A DNA stretch of 53,419 nt, filler included, from Sluysia triapertura (Eukaryota): assembly GCA_046118255.1 (NCBI GenBank). It is 4 parts of 4 records of this genome, joined end to end, with 100 filler letters (N's around TTAATTAATTAA, not from the genome) between each part and the next. Parts side by side here need not be neighbours in the genome. Positions count along the whole stretch, not along the records: positions 40,593 to 53,419 come from JBJNIA010079821.1; 3 more parts are not named here. One strand, written 5' to 3'. The position numbers and the translations under genes were made by a program. The notes beneath the pieces are model-generated. The model worked only from the letters and a program-made list of their open reading frames with translations, did not search any database and was not told the origin of the DNA. Below, piece after piece: positions 41,285-53,419 of this stretch (positions are counted from its first letter, which is position 1; every line of letters starts with the position of its first letter).

Positions 41285-42056
41285 ATGAAAGCGTGTTTGC
41301 AATTTAGAAAATCGGATTTAACATGGAAAATGATTCAAAATCATTTCATGAAATATTCAACATATTCAGTAAATACTAAAGTAGGTAATGAGATTTTTTC
41401 AAATATAAATTCTCGAAATTTTCAAATTGACAATTATGTTGTGCCAAAACAAGTAAATAATTCAATTGTAACATCAATAATTACTGAAAAAACATCTCCC
41501 GATACCGATAAAGTTACAAATGAACAACACTTAGAATGTACTGTTCACAATTGTGGACCTTTAATTAAAAAAGAATTATCACCATTATTTCCTGATAAAG
41601 TGTGGACAGAATCAGACAACTTAACTGTTGTTTGTTTCAATCATCATACAAATAATAATATGTCAACTTGGGATTCACGAGTTGCACGAGAAAGAGAATT
41701 GTTAGCAACAGCTGTAAGTTTATTTTTGTTTTCAGTTTTATTTTATTTTCAGTTTATTGAACACTCTAAAGACATATGTGAAACACTAAAAAGTCGTGGT
41801 TATTGGGCAGATTTCATTGATCCCTATAGTGGGATGCCTGTATGTATATTTATATTTATAATAATAATTTTAGTATTATGGTGCTCATACAAACGACTTT
41901 TTGTTGGAAACTGATCCAAGAATGCGTTATTTTGGATATAGTATTCGTGATTTGGGATGTTGTAAAGTTTTATGTCATACTCAATGGTTGGAAAATGTTT
42001 TTGTTGGTATAGTTTTCACAAATGCACCAGCAGATAATGAAATGCTTTCTATTTAA
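41285..42056 (+). CDS. MMADHC: Cobalamin trafficking protein CblD; exons 41285-41713, 41753-41839, 41874-42056
   Basis: GYWADFIDP.SG, ETD.R, DLGCCKV..H..W...VFVG.VFTNAP motifs. Removing GT-AG introns of 39 and 34 nt restores the frame. The start codon is less certain. Confidence 0.93.
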
Positions 42057-43554
42057 ATATGTTTATGTCATTTAATTATTTTTATTTTCGGCTTTTTTGC
42101 TTTATCTTTGACATTTTTCAATTTATATTGATTATATAATGCTATGTTTAGAATCATTATCATTATCAGTATTATTATTACCGATAGTTCAAATATTGAA
42201 TAATTCAGATAAATAATTATTCTACAATAATAATGAAACTCTTAGATTTATTTTTAATTTGTACAATTTGCTAGGAGTCGTTTAAAATGATGTTTTTTTA
42301 TTTGTAATTAAATCTCATTTCAGTTTTTATTTAAGTTATGACAGTTTTATTCGGACCATAAATAAAGCTCTTGGAACACCGATGTCGAGTAAGGAAGTGG
42401 TAATTGTTGCATAATTGGAAAATAAAACCAAATTGTCGCTGTTAAACACTTTCTGATGTTAAAGAAGACTTCGTAATGCAAATTAGAATCAGTTTTATTC
42501 AATCGAAACTATTTAGATCTTGTTGTGCCTTTTAAAATAATTTGATTTAGTTTAATCTCAAACTCAATCATATTCGGTATAATGCAAGTATGATCACACG
42601 ATTATCGGTTTTCATGAATAAAGGTCAAATATTCGAAACAACTGTGAGCTGCGAATAATATAAATAAGTATTAAACTGTTAGATTGACCGGGTGTCTCGC
42701 AGCGCATTTTGGTGCTCTATCTACTGAGGTATCAGACCCGTCTAACAATTTTAGATTATTATAGTCATTATTACTATCATAATTCTATATAGCGCTTTAG
42801 ATCCTTACCCCAAAAAACAATCAACTCTAATTTAGCTCTAACGATTTGATGAACCAGGAGTGTTGCAATCAAAAATTTGGAAATTAATTTACAGATAATG
42901 AAATTTGAGAACTCGGATTACCCAAATTACTAAACATAATATTAAAGAGGTAATCTACCAGAAATATATAAAATAAAAGTAAAACTATTGCCAAAATAAC
43001 ATGGATCTTTCATATTGTATTAACTAATTGTATTTTTTATTGTCGAAAAATTGTTAAGTATTTCGTGTTCTACTTATTTTAAATCAATTATTAGGTTTAC
43101 TATCAAACATTATCTTAGACAAATTTTTGGAATGTCCTTATAATGACTTAATAATAAAATAAAATCAAAGAAATACCGTACCAAAATTCCAATATTTGTT
43201 AGAATAATCATGTACTTAAAATTACTGTGTGGGTCAAAACGTAAGATTATCGCTACAGCAAACATATGTGTTAACGACTCTTGACAAAATGTGCAATGAA
43301 TTCATATGATTCTTTTTGAGTATACCTTAGAGTAAGACGCTGTGGTGGTTCAACACATTTTACGAATTACCGTTAATTACACCCACATTATTAAATAAAT
43401 GCCCAATTACAGAAAATCTCAACCACACTGACATAAAACCTCCAAAACTTAAAAGTCAACATAAGTATAATAAAATAACAAGGAATTTGCGATGCATTTG
43501 TTGCAGCAGATACAGATACTTTGCAGTAAAACCAAATGATAAACAAATGGACCA

Positions 43555-44200
43555 ATCAAAAGTGGACCTGGAGAAGATTTTTCTTTGATCTGTGAAGTAA
43601 CGGAAAATCTACTTCCAAGTATTCAGTGGTTTAAAAACAATGTATTAATTCAATATTCGTTCTACAATTACGGTATTCGAGTTATAAACAGTGACGAATC
43701 AGAATTAAAATATCAACAGAAATAGCTTAGTGGAAGTACACTGCCCGTGCTCACAATAAGTAATGTCATGTCAGAAAATGTACACTACAACCACTTTAAC
43801 AACTGTAATGTTCAAATTGAAAAGATTTCCTTGTAGCATTATAACTTCTCCATCTTCGGCAATAAACGATCTTCGAAATTTGAATTCTTTTTCAAAAGAT
43901 CTCAACAATCCAGGCCAAAAGATAAGTTCTAGTCATTCATCATTATTATCACCTTATTCGTCAAATGATCAGTCTAAAAATTTGCGTTTGCTTTAAACAA
44001 TGTACCAATATCAACAGAGTATTTAGGCAAAATTTTCTTCATCAAAATGAAAATCTGTTGAATAAAGGTAACATCACAGGAGGCTTCAAAAGTGGTTGTG
44101 ATCCAAACTTCTCTCAAATGTATCTCTTCCTCAGTGTGTGGTGTGCTTATCATTCTGCTTGTGGTATTTGTTGTAACAATGAGGCTACATGCCAAATATA
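43555..44200 (+). pseudogene. Decayed I-set Ig-domain gene with downstream Cys cluster (possibly Ig-EGF, neuregulin-like)
   Basis: FSLICEVTENLLPSIQWFKNN...SEL...SG/YTARAHNK with stops and frameshifts, then SACGICCNNEATCQ. Confidence 0.45.
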
Positions 44201-44636
44201 AATTAACAAAAAACGCTACCAAATAATTGTATCAATGAGTCGCGTTGCATATCAATCATGGAGGTGAAAATAAATATTACTTAGCAATGAAACTTGTATT
44301 CCAGTTCACAATTCGATAAGTCTGTCAAGCCATGCAACTTAGTCTATTATTATATTAACCAATCACATATGAGACCAATCAGTACAATTTTATACATTAT
44401 TCGGAAATTGATTGTGCAGATTAGGATGAAATGGAAAATATTTCTAATGTTGCAAGTAAGTAGAAAAACGAAATTAAATGAGCCAATAATAATAATAATT
44501 TTAATAATAATAATAATAAAACCACTTACTAATTAAGATAAGGTACAAAATATAACTTAAAAATAATTTAATTTTCGCTGGCTTACCAAATCTATTTCAA
44601 AATATTACTGGAAAATCGAATTTTTGTATAAAGTAA

Positions 44637-46166
44637 ATGATAAACTGCTTTACAAAATTTATTGCTACACGAGTGGAGACGTCATATAGTTGCGAATGTA
44701 TTGATTCATATCAAGATAAATTAATTGTTGGGATCAACATTAGTGTATTCTATTTCACATAATGTAAATAGCATCTTATCATCACTACCAGAAAATTATG
44801 AGAAAAAAGTTGTTTAAGGTTTTTGTTTTATGATAAAAGATTTTAATAAGAAACCTATTATTCAAATAGCAATTAAAGTTGATTTTGGATTGTTTCTTGT
44901 TCTTAGTGACAACAAAATATGGAATAAGTGATCATAGAGTTACTTTCATCATTGATAATATTTCTAAATTTTGTTACGATATCCGAGAATTATCCTTTGA
45001 TACATCTCGTAAGAAATCTCGTTCAGAAACAAATTATCAATAACCAAATAATAATATACTATTTCAATCACAATGATTAACGATAGTGAAGCTAACCAAA
45101 AATAATTATTGTGAATTTGTATTTCTTCGAAAGTAAAATTAATTAATTATCATTGGAATAAAGATAAATTAAAAATGAATTTCATGTTGAGTTTCGAATT
45201 CCTGGTTCACTTAAATGTATTAAATCCTTTCACGATTTTGTTTTTTTGGAACACGAACTGAATATTTCTTCGTTTACTTTTTAACATCAAATAACCGATT
45301 TATATGTAATGTTTGTAAAAGCTAGGAACTTTTAGTCTTCCAAATGTCAGAATTCCTTGGCATTAAAACTGATAAATCTATTGAATTTATAGATAAAAAT
45401 GGTAGTGTATTAAATAATGGAACTTTGAAATGGTCCCATTCACTATCACAAACAATATATCATCCTTCATTCATATTAGCTATTTTAAATAAATGTATCG
45501 AAATACGCATGGCTTCACCAACAATGCCAATCGAATATGTGTCGTTAGACAATAATCAAATATGTTGTTTAGTTGGTACCCCACGACAAAAGTTAGTTAA
45601 CCTTATTCACAGAATGAGGATTTCGAGTTATCTTTAATGTTAGTTAAAACAGCATACTTAGTTGGTGAAAACATGATAGAAACTTCTAAAATTAATTGTC
45701 ATTATGCAAGAATGCTGTTCAAAAACAGGCAATTTGAAAAATCATTCAGTATATTCATAGAAATGACAACAGATCCATCTGACATCCTCAGTCTTCATCT
45801 AGTATTGTTAAATAAAGAATTAACTAGACGTTGGAATGAAGATTTTAGCAAAGAAGAAAACACTCAATCTAAATACGCCTTGATAGATTTTTTGGTGAAA
45901 TGGCGAAACGATCAAATATCAACAATAATTCGAAACAACTAAACCAAGCGCAGCAATCATTGAATACTGGAGTGTTATCATCAAGTCAAGAAGATTTAAT
46001 CAATTGTTATATATTAATCGATTCTGCACCTCGACAAAAAACACGACAACTATTCGAAATTGTGGACACAAGTCTTCTCAAATGCTATTTTATTGTAAAC
46101 TCTCCTTTGATATTATTCTTGACGACACTTCCTGCTCACAATGAGAACGAACTGATTCAAAGGTAA
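44637..46166 (+). pseudogene. VPS39: Vps39/Vam6 pseudogene (CNH and following region), apparently intronless
   Basis: Collinear blocks CIDSYQDKLIVG, KDFNKKPIIQI, YHWNK, LKWS...HPSFILAILNKCIEIR, YARMLFKNRQFEKSF..F....TDPSDIL, ALIDFL and QLFEIVDTSLLKCYF. Many stops, frameshifts and deletions. Confidence 0.85.
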
Positions 46167-47186
46167 TTCTGATTTTTAATCCCGACTATATTATTATTAC
46201 TATAATCTATATTCATATCCCTTATTGTTCTTTAGAAAAACTATGGTCGAGACATTCCCAGGAAATGATTAACGTGAAACAAAGTTTAAATTTAAATGTT
46301 GAAAATTTTATAAAGATGAATAAAATATATGTTAAATTTTTTCTATTGTTTTATTGATTACAGATTGAGTCAAATTTTATTAAGCATATTAAAAACTTTA
46401 CAAACTCTAAATCTTATGTAATATTAAAAATAAATGATTTAACGAAATCAGTTTATAAATATCGATGTAATTTAAAATTAAAAATTATAAATATTTAATT
46501 TCAGTTCATACAACAACATGCTTGATTATGCGCAAAACAGTTAGAGTAACATCATTATCTGGCACGCATTTTATGCAATGAGAGTTTGCAGTGGCAACTA
46601 AGGCATTTTCAGCACCACAATCGATAATACAGTTTCATTATCTTTTTCAGCATCATTATTGCTGCAGCAAAACATTTTTTGAGCAGGGTCCAGTTACAAG
46701 AAATGTCTTACAATGTTTAGTGGGAGTTCCTGTAATTTGATATGTTAATAAATACTTTAACTTTTATCCAAAAATTCGGATCTACTAATCTGTATTAATT
46801 GTAATTACAAATGACTAAGGGTCTTTACTTAATTTTTATACAATATATTTATTAAATCTAAAGTAAAAGAACTAATAAATTCACAAATTTATACTAAAAT
46901 ACGATTTCAATAATAATTATCAAAGAATGTTATAAGAATAAAATAAATTAGAAGTAAAACCACCAAGGGTCTTTACTTTGTATTTACGATAATTTTAAGT
47001 AGATTTTACCCATCAAAATAACGGCGAAACTTACTAAATATTCACTTTAAAAATGGAAATATTTACCTGGATTTTATGATACTATTAGTATCTACTTTGA
47101 TAAAAATAAATTACATGAACAGCTACTGAACTGATGTATCACCAGAATCCAAACTATCCTAAGAAAATTCGAAATGGAGATTGAAA

Positions 47187-47853
47187 TGTTAAGTTGCCAT
47201 CAAAACCCTACAAAATAATTTTAAGATGACATAATAACACCTTACAATTATTTAAATCTATTTATAAAAATTATAAAAATATATTCTAAAATCATTTAAA
47301 ATTAATTAAAAAACAATTATTTTCCAAAAAGAAATTATTTTTTCTAAAAAAGAAAATTAGCTTCTATAAATAGTATAGAAGCTTAGAATGTTCTAGAAAA
47401 TTCTAGAACATTCCATCGATTTTCATTGGATGATGACTAGTGTACATAAACTAGCATCAATACAATGAAAATCGCCATTTTAAAATCGGTATTAGTCAGT
47501 CGCTAAAAAAGGATAAATTTATCACGTGACGCAGTTATTCTCATTCGTAACAAAGCAGTTCGAAATCAATTAACAGTAAAGTACATTCAAATCTACACTG
47601 GTTAAAAGATATTAAAAAGATTCTTCATTCGGATTTTTTGATCAGTTACAATCCATGCAAAAAGTAATTTGTTTGTGTTAAGATTGGTATTAGTTTTGCG
47701 TAAGGAAACTAATATCACAAAATATACTTAAAATCATATTCTGTTAGTCTTAAGGTTCCCCGATATATTGAGTGGTAAGTCCAGTATCATAGAGAATTCA
47801 CGCTAAAAGCTATTTCTAAATAAACAAAAACAATCTATCTATTAATCGTCACA
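47187..47853 (+). mobile_element. LTR (~667 bp, TGT...CACA) with HSE array and conserved core
   Basis: The start is shared with 33005. Core TGGTAAGTCCAGTATC at 47773. The CACA end is 52 bp after the core, as in the 4.5-kb copy. No clear TSD. Confidence 0.6.
47385..47414. promoter_or_regulatory. Perfect six-unit heat-shock element array
   Basis: aGAAt gTTCt aGAAa aTTCt aGAAc aTTCc, followed by an inverted CCAAT and a TATA-like TACATAAA. Confidence 0.8.
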
Positions 47854-50378
47854 ATTAGATAAATAAAGTAAGAACTACTAGCACAGTTAATTGACCTCCT
47901 GTAGTTATTTTCTTCTAAAAAAATCTAACGACTAGCTCTAACCGATAAGACTAGATACGCTGGTAAACTCATATTCATATAATTTTATTCGTGAGTAAAT
48001 AAGTTTCATACACCCAAAATCTCACAGAACCAACATTGTTTTCTGTGTAATGTTGAGTATTGGTTAATTGAAAAGGTATGAAATACCGAATGTACGAAAG
48101 ACTATTTGATGATCTAAGAATGAATGCATGTTTGCAATTAAAAGTTTTGTTGAATATTTAGAGTTGTAAAGTGATTGTTTAATGATGAGATAATAAAACT
48201 AAACGCTGCGAATTGAGCTACCACAATACTCTTCATTATTAAGTAACCAACAGAATACTTACGTAAGCACCGAGAATAAAATCGTATAAATCGAATTTAG
48301 AAGATAACATAAACTCAGGAACCGAGCTTATCAAAATTAAAGAGAGGTTGATTAAGGATACGTTAAAATAAATTCTATTTAATCATATTTTAATATTATT
48401 AGAAAAGAGAAATTAATTAAGAACCAACAACTAACCAAAGGATTAAGAGTATAATCGGTTTATATTTTATATAAAGGAAAATTCCTTTATGGGTACTTTC
48501 CGTTAGGATTTAAGACATCTACTGCAGGTTTACATAATTAATAAGCAATTATTAATATATTTTTGCGATATTTCTTATATAGAAAAAGACCTCACAATAT
48601 AAAATATAATAATAATAATAATAATGTCAAAAATAAGGTAAAAAATTAAAGGATTTTTATATATTTTACATCAATTTTTTTGTGAGACCATTGCCAATAG
48701 ATCAAATAAACAAATTTTTTTACAAAAAAACGTTAGTTAAAATTTAATAAAGATTACATACTTAAGTTATAAAATCCGACTTAAAATGCCTAAAAATTTG
48801 TGCTATTTTAATATAATGACTATAAAATCTCTGTTCTTTAGATTATTGTTAAATTATTTTGGAAGATTGTAATTAATGTTCTAAGTACTTTAAGCACTTA
48901 ATTAATAAAAGTTCCAGAGAGTTACGAGTTATTTATTTATTTGGTAATCCAATAAGACAAATTATATTGTTGGTAAAAAATTGAAGTTTCTTTTTCAATT
49001 TAAGTATATGTTTTGTTAAGTTAATCCCTGAGTAATAATTTTACTTTATTAATACTTAAACATCGGAACATATTTCACTTTAATTTCAAATTATAAAATA
49101 ATTAGTTATTATAAAAACTAATTAAAATAACTAATTATTAAGTCGTCTACGTCGACCAGTCATAACGCTGGTAAACAAGCCAACAATACTTGAAAATATC
49201 AACAACATCCTACTAGAATACAAATAAAAATCAAATCATATAAACACAACATTCATCAACACAAATTGCCAGCAATTTCAATATAACTGTCAACCGATTG
49301 CAATGATGTGTCAGAGTGTATTTTGTAGTTTATAATTTATATTCTTGTATAATTTGTATAATATTTCTTTTATATGTATAAATAATTATTTTTATTATAA
49401 TAAATTTTAAGAAAAATAAAATTTAATCTTTAAAAAATATAAATCTTAAAATTTCAAATATTTCAAAAAATTACTTTATTAAAATTTAAAAATGCGAATT
49501 TTAATATTTTAATATTTGATATTTATTTTAAATAAAATAAAATTTAAAAAATAAAATTTTGTTTAAATAAATCAAAATTTAAATTATTTCTTTATTTTCT
49601 TTAAATGAATCAATTTAATATAGAGTAAGTCAATTTTATATAAAGTTTTTTAACAGAAATTTTTAGACCAAATTTTTATAAAAGTTTTTTCAGGAAAAGT
49701 TTCAGAAGACAATCAATTTTATTCTATGCTTTCCAAGTAATTTTTTATTGTTAGGATTCGCCTATTCACCTTAAAAGGGAATAGTAAAATAGACTTAAAC
49801 TCATTTTTATTTTGAAGCAACACCTTAATACGGGTTGCGTAACTTATTTTGCCAACCGAGGCTGAGCTAGTTAATTAACTTATTATCGATATTATAATTT
49901 TATAAAAATATTTGTAAGAATTTTAATTAGTTTTTTCTTTATTGATATTATATTTTACGAGTGTTAGACTGTTCTCAATCGATAGTGTAATAAACTTATA
50001 AAGTCATTTTTGTTAGCAACACCTTAATTCGGGTTGCGTGATCTCTAAATTCAAATAACAGTTATTAAGTTTAAGTTTATTGATAAAAGCTTTCCCGATT
50101 AAGTTTCATAAGATTTTGATTTGTAATTGTTAAGTTTAACTGAATTTTACTAAGTTTTTCTGATTTAAATTTAAGATATTTGATTCCGATTCGAATTTTT
50201 ACCCTTTTGAATTATTATTTAAGTTATTAAGTTTTGATATTGAATAAGTTTATCTTTATTTTGATAAGTTATAAGTTTAAATTTAAGTTTTTAAGTATTC
50301 AGAATTGATACACAAAGTGTAATTGAATTCACTAAATATAAAAGGTCTAGAAGAAAACATTTTTTATACTCTAATAAG

Positions 50379-50951
50379 ATGTCTTTACCTATAGAAGAAT
50401 TCAGAGACTGTATGTCTCAATTTGCTGAGGATATTAGGCCTACTAAGGCGCTCCCCGAATTAAGAAAATTTAACGGCGCAGAGGAAGAACTACGTGACTT
50501 TCTTTTCGAGTATAATAGTATTGCAGAGGCAAATGGCTGGACTGAAATTGAAAAGATTAAGCGTATACAAAACTACTTAACTGGAGTTGCAATCCAGACT
50601 TATAAGGAAATAGATAATATACATAAGGAAAATTGGCAAGAATTTGTTAATGCCTTCACTGAAGAAATTGCCCTCGATGATTTAGGTAAATACTATATGA
50701 AGATGCTTAATACGCGACGACAAAAGAGTAAAGAAACTGTTTATGAATTTGCATGCGCATTAAAATGTTTAGTGGCCAGAGCCAAAATTCCTGATAATAA
50801 CAAAGAAAGTGTCTTAATTGATAAATTAAAAAATGGTCTGCGCTCAGAGTTAAGAGCGTACATGAGTTTGATTGATAATTTACCTTTTAAGGATATTGTT
50901 AAAAAATTATTTAAAAGCCTGTTTCTGCTTATGGATCGCCAAAAGAGTTAA
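50379..50951 (+). CDS. Ty3/gypsy Gag capsid-domain protein (Arc-like size), intact 190-aa ORF
   Basis: KFNG...RDFLFEY...AEANGW...K......YLTG.A, W.EF..AF, L..RRQ...ETV.EF..AL..L and K.GLR.ELR match the retrotransposon gag CA pattern. No CCHC knuckle within the ORF. Confidence 0.88.
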   Translation: MSLPIEEFRDCMSQFAEDIRPTKALPELRKFNGAEEELRDFLFEYNSIAEANGWTEIEKIKRIQNYLTGVAIQTYKEIDNIHKENWQEFVNAFTEEIALDDLGKYYMKMLNTRRQKSKETVYEFACALKCLVARAKIPDNNKESVLIDKLKNGLRSELRAYMSLIDNLPFKDIVKKLFKSLFLLMDRQKS

Positions 50952-53258
50952 TTAAGTGAAGGTTTATGTATCTTTTTAAATAGTTCATTTATTGAAACAG
51001 AAAATATTAAAGTTCACCTAATACGATTTAATTGAGACAATTTTTCCCATTTTAATTATAATTCAGAAATTGCACTATTCGATTACCATCTGATTCGATA
51101 GAAGAAATTAAGGATATAAAACTGAATTTGACCAAAAATTTAGTGACAAACCGACGATGTTTCACCAAATAAATAAATAATTACCATCAAACCAAATAAA
51201 TTTAAAATATACAAATACATGTATTATTTTAATTCTCATTTTTCCTCAACGATCTAATATACATAATGATTGTCTTGGTTAAGTTAGAATTATTAGCCAA
51301 ATGCAATTATTACTCAAAATACACAAGTCTAAATGCATAGTTCTTTTAACAAAATATAACTCCATGAATCCAAACATCTTAAAATAAAGATAGATCATAA
51401 AGAAATTATAGAAAAATAAATTAACGATTAAATACAATGACAATGCATTTCTAAGAGACAATGCTGAAAGAAGATCAAACATCATCAAGAATGCGTCGAA
51501 CACCTCGATACTGTTTTGCTTTTCGTCAATAAGATTCAAGTAATAGTTCTCACTCAAGATAGTTCCAAAATCAAATGCTTAAAAAGTAATACGGATTATT
51601 AAAAGGTTTTTCTCTTTTATGATGTTAAAGCTTCGAAAGTTTAGATTATTTATAGAGTAATAATTTAAAAATATTGGGAACCGAAATATCAAGCAAATAA
51701 TACGTCAAATTCAATAATAATGCCTATAAGATTTTTATAAACCAGAAATAACTTAATTGCATAAATATGTTAATTAATTTGATGATTTATTGACAGAATT
51801 AACATAATAGAATTAAATTAACTATGATGGACTTAAATTTAATTAAATATAAATTTTCATCCACAACGCCAAAGTAAATAACGCTTAGATTTTGCATAAT
51901 ATTTTTATGGTATTAGAAATTGCTTACGTCACTAACTGTTTATTTCATGATATCCAATTTATCAAAATCTAAATATTAAAAAAATTTAATGAATTAATAC
52001 TTCATTTTACAAAGGAAAGTTTAAGCAGTCTACATTTTCCAAATTATTAATGCTAACTTTTATTAAATATTTTATAGTTTAGATAGTAAATCTTGAATAA
52101 AGCATAATCACTTGTTTTAAATAATTAGTTGTTATTAAATGGAATTTTAGAACATTTTAATGGCATTTAAAATTCATATTAATTTTATGTTAGAATAAAT
52201 AAATAAATATTTAATAACAAAGAAAAGTTTAATTTTGTAATTTAATATTTCAAATTTATATCAAGGTTTCCTAAAAGGTCTTAATTATTTGTCAGTATAT
52301 GAAAAAATCATAAAGACATTTATTTTTCTAATAATAAGAAAGAATTATTTATAAAAATTAAATAGAAGAATAATAATTTATTGTAATTAATAAAATGTGA
52401 CTCTTTTAAATAAAAAATATATTATTTAGGTAAAAATGAAAAAGTATAAATAATATTTTAAATATTAATTATAATAATAATAATAACTATTATAATTATT
52501 ATTATAATTATAATTATAAGTATTATTATTATTGTTGTTATTATTATTATCGGTAGTGTGAATAAAATTAAAAACTTTTAATTAAACTACTCTATTGTTT
52601 TTGTTTTGTTACTACAGCAACAGTTTCTTTTGTAATATCTAGATAAGATTATAGTTTATTATTGATTTTTATCTAAAAATGTTAAATATAAAATGTTATA
52701 TAGAATTTGTCACTATTTTCTATTGATTTTTTGTATTGTTTTATTTGATCTTAGAGTGATAACACAAAATTGATAAAAATGAAATTATTTTTATTCGACA
52801 TAGTCTTTAGTAACGAAAAATATATTTAATATTTTTTGAAATAAAATTTAAATTTTTATTTTTCATTTAAAATATAAAACGTAATTTATTGATTTGTTTG
52901 GCAGATTTATTTTAAAAAATTATTTGTTATAATTATTTATTGAATATCAATTTTCTTTGAACTTTTTACGTTGATGGAAATATAATTAAATACATTAAGA
53001 CTTAGCTGACAAGTAATAGCGATAGCAATGTTTCTTCTCATTAATTTTTTTGACACTCCGTAAAGCAGCACGGGTACTTGCTATCAGCTCTTAATTCACC
53101 ATATTTATTATCCAAGGTACAACACTTTACAGGAATACATTTTAAATTACATTAAAATACCTTATTAAATATAAAATCAATAAAGTCATACTAAATTTTC
53201 ATAAATAACCTCAATAAATGAATGAGTTACTTGTTATATAAGATATATTTATCAATAG

Positions 53259-53324
53259 TTAACCCTTTGACTACCAATGGAACGATTGGTCCCACAGAAA
53301 CTATGTTCAACATCAGTGGGTTAA
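53259..53324. mobile_element. Possible miniature piggyBac-like relic
   Basis: TTAACCC ... GGGTTAA about 66 bp apart. Confidence 0.3.
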
Positions 53325-53419
53325 AAGTAGCTTTAAACAGCTTAACAAATCGTCCCAATGGTTGTGTAGTGTTTATTGAATGACGTGAAATCAGCTGGTC
53401 GGTTACATTTTTTCAATTA

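Noticed and set aside
44637-46166. Alternative genetic code or recoding to explain the stops in Vps39
   Set aside because: Frameshifts and deletions accompany the stops, and HSP60, MMADHC and TRIM read normally in the standard code.

Overview
Very AT-rich animal nuclear DNA. The HSP60 sequence and the 33-39 nt introns suggest a flatworm-like lophotrochozoan, which is an inference. The window is not continuous. Three 100-nt spacers (44 N + TTAATTAATTAA + 44 N) join four separate scaffolds, and there is one ordinary 298-N gap. Supportable host genes are an intronless mitochondrial HSP60, a three-exon MMADHC (cblD), a TIF1/Bonus-like RING-B-box-B-box-coiled-coil TRIM gene, and the 3' exons of an unidentified S/N/P-rich protein. 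Decayed gene copies include Vps39, an Ig-domain gene and EGF-like repeats. The rest is mostly transposon material: Ty3/gypsy LTRs, PBSs and gag; a deleted cecropia-type mariner; a hAT MITE; piggyBac-like ends; and a NeSL/R2-type endonuclease tail next to a tRNA-Cys-like half. The most interesting signal is an LTR family whose members share a conserved core that carries a splice-donor consensus in a hairpin. One copy has a perfect six-unit heat-shock element array and lies upstream of an intact capsid-only (Arc-like) gag ORF, with an acceptor-like AG directly before the ATG. This suggests a stress-inducible, spliced capsid transcript, which is a hypothesis only.
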